A model generated the notes under the pieces. The model did no database searches. It was not told the DNA's origin and saw only the letters and a program-made list of their open reading frames with translations. Positions 59,201 through 64,000 of a stretch of DNA of 64,000 nt are shown piece by piece. Location: assembly GCF_000315625.1 (NCBI RefSeq), contig NW_005434643.1:442-64441 (forward strand), written 5' to 3'. The position numbers and the translations under genes were made by a program. The number at the start of each line of letters is the position of its first letter. The stretch's first letter is position 1. This stretch comes from Guillardia theta CCMP2712. Its lineage: Eukaryota; Protista; Cryptophyta.

Positions 59201-62200
59201 TCCTCACGCACTGCTCCTGCTCCTCCTCCCTCTATTGCATCGGGCCGACGAGGATCTTCTTGACCGACTCCCTCCTCTCCCTTCTTGAGGACCTCCGCTC
59301 CAAGGTGGTCAAGTCCTCCGCCAAGGCCCTTGAGAGACACGTCCTTGCATGGCAGTGCAGGAGACGAACAGCGCCTGCAGCTGTGCAGGAAGAGGATGCT
59401 TCTTCTTCTTCCTCCTCCTCCCGTGCTTCGCTCCTTGTTCGGGATCTGGCAGAATGGCCGGCGGATCGCGTGTGTAGTACCTCGCTGAGGGTAACGATCA
59501 GCGGGTGTGGCAGCTGCGGGCAGGTGGAGGCAGCGATCGGCCCAGCTGAAGGCCTGGTGGGAAGAGTGGAGGAGCAGGTAACGTTGACTGTGTGCGAGGG
59601 CAGTTTGTGAGTGTGTGCAGCTGGACAAGACAAGAATGATGATGACGACGATGCTGGAGAAGCTGAAGGGGAGGGGCAGGGAGGGCCAGCTTGAGGTGAA
59701 GTCTCTCAGCTGGGAGACGCCGGGGCTGACGGTGGGAAGCAGGAGGAAGTGGAGCAGACGAGTGGCAGGATGGCTGAGAAGCTTCGAGAGCTGGAAGAGG
59801 TCGACCTGCCTGCTCGATCTCCCTCCCTGCTCTTCCCCTCCTCCTTCTCCCTCCTCCCTCTTCCTCCTTCCTCCTCCTCCTCCTCCTCCTCCTCCATCCT
59901 CTTTCTTCCTCTCCCCTTACTTCCTCTTAGGTCTCGACCCATCTCCATGAGGTCCAGCAGGCGGTAGAACGTCACTTGGATCAGAATCTGAAGCAGCAGG
60001 CGGTCACGAGAGCGAGCCTGGAGCAGGTGAAGCACCTCATGCTAAACCTCATGCTCCCCTCCTCTCCCTCCTCTCTACTTGGCTTCTCCCTCTTCTTTTC
60101 TTCTCTCCTCTCCCATCACCTTTTCCTCTTCTCGTAATTCTCACTCCTTTTTCCCATCCCATTCCCATCCCACCTCTCCTCTCCTCTCCTCTCCTCTCCT
60201 CTCCTCTCCTCTCCTCTCCTCTCCTGTCATAGNNNNNNNNNNNNNNNNNNNNNNNNNNNNNNNNNNNNNNNNNNNNNNNNNNNNNNNNNNNNNNNNNNNN
60301 NNNNNNNNNNNNNNNNNNNNNNNNNNNNNNNNNNNNNNNNNNNNNNNNNNNNNNNNNNNNNNNNNNNNNNNNNNNNNNNNNNNNNNNNNNNNNNNNNNNN
60401 NNNNNNNNNNNNNNNNNNNNNNNNNNNNNNNNNNNNNNNNNNNNNNNNNNNNNNNNNNNNNNNNNNNNNNNNNNNNNNNNNNNNNNNNNNNNNNNNNNNN
60501 NNNNNNNNNNNNNNNNNNNNNNNNNNNNNNNNNNNNNNNNNNNNNNNNNNNNNNNNNNNNNNNNNNNNNNNNNNNNNNNNNNNNNNNNNNNNNNNNNNNN
60601 NNNNNNNNNNNNNNNNNNNNNNNNNNNNNNNNNNNNNNNNNNNNNNNNNNNNNNNNNNNNNNNNNNNNNNNNNTCCTTCATAACCTCTGCTGCTCTGTCC
60701 TCCCCTCCCCTTCCTCCTCTCTTCCTCTCCTCTCTGTCCCTCTCAACTTCGTCATACCCCGTGCAGGCCAGAGCCAAGGTAGAGGAACTGGAGGAAGAGC
60801 TGCGAGGGAGGCGGCAGAAGGAGGAGGAGGTAGGAAACGCGCTGTCCCTGCTGCAAGATCGCTGACTGCAAGGGCTAGGGATCGAGTCTCCTCCTTGCAC
60901 TGCTGGAGCAACTGAGGAGCGAAATCAAGCTTGCCCAAGAGGAAGCAGAGCGTGCGGCTCAGATGGCAGAGCAGGAGGCGGCAGGAAAGGAGGGGGGGCA
61001 AGAGACGGAATCTACTCAGCAGCATGCCGGCGAGGAGGAAGCGGAGGAGGAGGACGCTTCCTTGCAGCGTGAAGCAGTGCGCGAGGAGTCTGAGGAGTCG
61101 CCAGAGAAGGCAGAGGAGGGAGAAGCGGTGGAGGAAGGATCCCCTGAAGAAGAGAAAGAAGTGCAAGACGGCGACAAGGAGGAGGAGGAGGAGGAGGAGG
61201 AGGAGAAAGAAGAGGAGGAGAGGCAGAAAGAGGGAGAGAGGGAGGACGAGGGCAAGGCTAGTCAGGAAGCGGAGGAAGTGGAGGAAGCGTCTACTTCCCA
61301 AGAGGACCTGAAACCCCACGTGCAGCATCAGGATGCAGAGGTTCAGTGCGATCCTGCTGAGGTGAAACTCCTTCCTTCATTATCTCCGCCCCTGTCCCTC
61401 CTCCTCAGGACACTTCCCTCCTCCAACCCTCCTCCAACCCTCCTCTCCTCTTCCTTGATCCTCACTCTTCTCTCTTCCTCCTCTTCCCTCCCTTGATCCT
61501 CGCTCTTCTCTCTTCCTCCTCTCTCCTCACTTGTATCTGACTCACTGGCCAGCAGGAGCAGAGCAAGAGCAGCAAGGAAGTGCAAGTCAGCGAGCAGAGG
61601 ACGTTTCCTTCTTTCGACCAGCTCTGGCAGGAGTGGCCGAAGGTCGTCGGGTCCTCTGAGGAGGAGGGCGCGCCGGGCTATCGGCCGTTCAACTGCAAGC
61701 TGATGGTGGAGAAGGAGGGGAGCTGGAAGGTGAGGAGAGAGAAGGAGAGGGAAGAAGGGAGGAGAGGAGAGGAGAGGGGATGGGATGGGAGGACGTGAAG
61801 GAGGGAGGGAGGAGGAAGGGAGGAGGAAGGATGGCGTCAGGGAAACGTGGGAGGGAGGGAGATGAAAGGAGGAGGAGGAGATGCAGGAGGAGAATGGGGG
61901 GAGGTGACACTGTGTGGCAGGTCATCAACAAGCCCATGGAGAGCCTCGAGAAGGTCCAGGCGCGTGAGAAATCTTTCATGCTCCAGGTTTGGAGGACAAT
62001 CTCCGATATGGCGGCGCGCGAGGAGGCCCACCTGCCGGCCCCTACCCCGTCCCCACCAGCCCCCCAGCAGATCTCCACCCCCCAACGAGCTGAGAAGGCG
62101 GAGGAGGGAACGCCTTTGCGGGCCATCACCAACCTGCAGGAGGGGATGAAGTCCCAGGGCAAGAGGGACAGGAGGGTTACAGCTGGAGACGCTGCTGGAG

Positions 62201-62265
62201 AAGGAGCCCGAGGATCTCCTTTCAAACCTAGATTCTCACTGCAGAGGAGCCCAGCTAAGGGGTGA
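56222..62265 (+). CDS. Highly divergent myosin-like protein (SH3-like N-terminus, degenerate motor, IQ-like motif, acidic coiled-coil tail); 440-N gap in an intron
   Basis: IWVR...WVEAQV; DSLTSLKHIDLPNALHALRLR...YDTRAGPFLL (cf. DDLTSL..LHEP.VL.NL..RY...IYTY.GPIL); RRFLCL...FDASFCELQLR...VVEA...REG...ELFVHRYHPL; YCIGPTRIFL...LEDLR; ALERHVLAWQCRRR (IQ-like). The P-loop position reads IIEGGRREERA. Confidence 0.75.
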
Positions 62266-62357
62266 GCAGGAAGTATAACGTCAAAAATCCCTATGAGCGA
62301 GCCTGATGACCCCCCTCCTCGGCCTGCTGGGGGAGTGATGGGGTCCCTTTCCTCTGC

Positions 62358-64000
62358 TCATCCTTGCTGTAGCGAAGTTTGTGCCTTCTCGGAGTATCTC
62401 CTGCTGGACCAGTCAAGCTGGGAGGGCCTCAACTTTGACAAGGTATCACTTGTCAGGCCGCTGGTCTCCTTGGCCACGAAGAGAGAATTCATCCTGATGT
62501 CCTCCGGCCCCTTGTGCTCCTCGCAACATCTGCCGGGAAAATTGAGACTCTCCTTTCCCTCCTCTGCCCTGCCCTGCCCTCCTCTCCCTCTCCTCTCCTC
62601 CCCCCCCCTCTCCTCTCCCTCTCCTCTCCTTCTCCTCCCCTCTCCTCTTCTCCTCTCCCGTCACTATCCCCGTCCCATACCTCTCCTTCTCTCCCCCCTC
62701 GTCGTCGCTTCTCTCCTCCCCTCTCTCTCCCCTCGCTTGTCTTTTTCCCGCTCTCCTCCCGCTCCTCCTCCCTCACGTTGTGATCTTGTCTGTCGGCTTC
62801 CCGTGCGTGGGTTTGCGTTGGCAGAGGGGGTAGCGACATCGCATGTTGAACAGGAGGATCATTCCTGGCTCTCTGTGCTGCCAGCACATCCTCGCCGTGC
62901 TATCCGTCTAGAGACAACGGAATGAGCTCCTCCTCCTCCTCCTCCTATTCCCCTCCCCCCCCCCCCCACCCCTCGTCCTCCTCCTCTCACTTTCATGCCG
63001 TACAGCGGGAAGTTTGCGCATCCACTCTGCCGGCCTCCTCCAGGAGGCTTGTAGCGACACCTACCAAGATGGTCAAACCCTCCAGCTGACCTCCTGCTCT
63101 CCTCAACCGCTGGTGAACGACGTCGACGTAGTCATTTTCCTTGTGCTTGGAGCATTTCGTGGGGTGGATGGCCCCTGGTGGGGTTCAGGTGGTGGAGAAA
63201 CGGGGTCAGACTGCAAGTAAGCGGGAGGGAGGGGGAGGATGAGCAGGCGAAGGAGCATCGCATCGATGTCTCATCCAGAGCTCCACAGCACTAGAGCAAA
63301 CCACATCCCCCCACATCCTCCTCCTCGTCCTCGTCTTCCTCCCACATCGTCCTCCTCCTCCTCCTCCTCCTCCTCCTCCCTCACCTGGCTTACTGTACGT
63401 GGCCCTCAGAGGACAGCCCTGGTGGTCGCATTTCCTTTTGTGAACGACCTGAGCTGCCGGCGTCAGCGACTGACGTTCTCGCCCACCCCAACTCCTCCCT
63501 CCCTCCTTCCCACCTCTCCTTCCCTTCCCTTCCCTTCCCTTCCCTTGTCTCCCTCCCTCTCCCCCCATCTCCATTTCCCTTCTCTCCTCTCCTCACATCG
63601 ACTTCCGTGGGCAGGGCATGGAGCTTGCAGTGCTTCGTCCTCCTAACAGGCCCCGGCTCCTGTTCCATCGGCTCGTCACTTCCTGTAGGCGGACCTCCTC
63701 CTGCCTCACCCCGTACGTCGCAAACCTCCTGCAGTCAAAGCATCGCTTGTACAGAGGTAACATCGTAAGCTGCCCTGTCCGGCTCGAGATCCCCGGCCAT
63801 TGCACAGGAACCTGAAACACACTGCAGTGAGGAGGAGGATAGGTGGAAGAGGAGGAGGATTGGGGGAGGAGGAGGAGGGTAGCGAGAAGGAGGAGGAGGA
63901 GGAGGAGGAGGAGGAGGATGCGAAGGAGAGGAGACGATATCTCCCGCACTTGCCGCATGAACACTTAATCGCTTCATCGCGGGACTCGACCCTCCTCGTC
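62358..64000 (-). CDS. EsV-1-7-type cysteine-rich repeat protein (3' part; 5' end beyond the window)
   Basis: Spliced repeats of C-x2/4-C...YG...C-x2-H...VDV: KRCFDCRRFATYG, HCKLHALPTEVDV, KCDHQGCPLRATY, KCSKHKENDYVDVVHQRC, MCWQHREPGMILL, RCRYPLCQRKPTHG, CCEEHKGPEDI. Stop at 62358-62360. Confidence 0.75.

Noticed and set aside
62293-62925. 210-aa plus-strand ORF
   Set aside because: Antisense to the EsV-1-7 gene's last exons and runs through an intronic repeat.

Overview
Eukaryotic nuclear DNA, gene-dense and intron-rich, with four N gaps. It is almost certainly a cryptophyte alga (Guillardia theta-like); this is inferred from a nuclear phycoerythrin alpha-subunit gene, a phytochrome-kinase-RING hybrid, ASAFAP-type plastid presequences and ~50-nt introns with CTRAC branch points. 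Spliced genes reconstructed by hand are: a WW-domain protein (3' part), KATNAL2, alanine aminotransferase, cpeA, two PDZ proteins, a mitochondrial-carrier-family protein, an M13 peptidase, a divergent kinesin, RPS25, a membrane-anchored coiled-coil protein, phytochrome PEK, a plastid-type membrane protein with a SAM domain, a signal-peptide-bearing Regnase/NYN-like nuclease, Gemin6, a tandem cNMP-binding protein, a P-loop-less myosin-like protein and an EsV-1-7 repeat protein (3' part). The most interesting observations are: (1) H/ACA-snoRNA-like structured RNA(s) in a 631-nt RPS25 intron; (2) recurring intergenic tracts built from a small vocabulary of words, either CCGG/palindrome-rich or GGGTA/TACCC-rich, often paired and near gene 5' ends; (3) the light-sensor kinase/E3 phytochrome with an unrecognised C-terminal domain; (4) a C-x15-C insertion in both cNMP phosphate-binding cassettes; (5) two apparently catalytically degenerate motors; (6) a 19-bp inverted repeat bracketing cpeA. 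All exon boundaries were read by eye and need RNA-seq confirmation.
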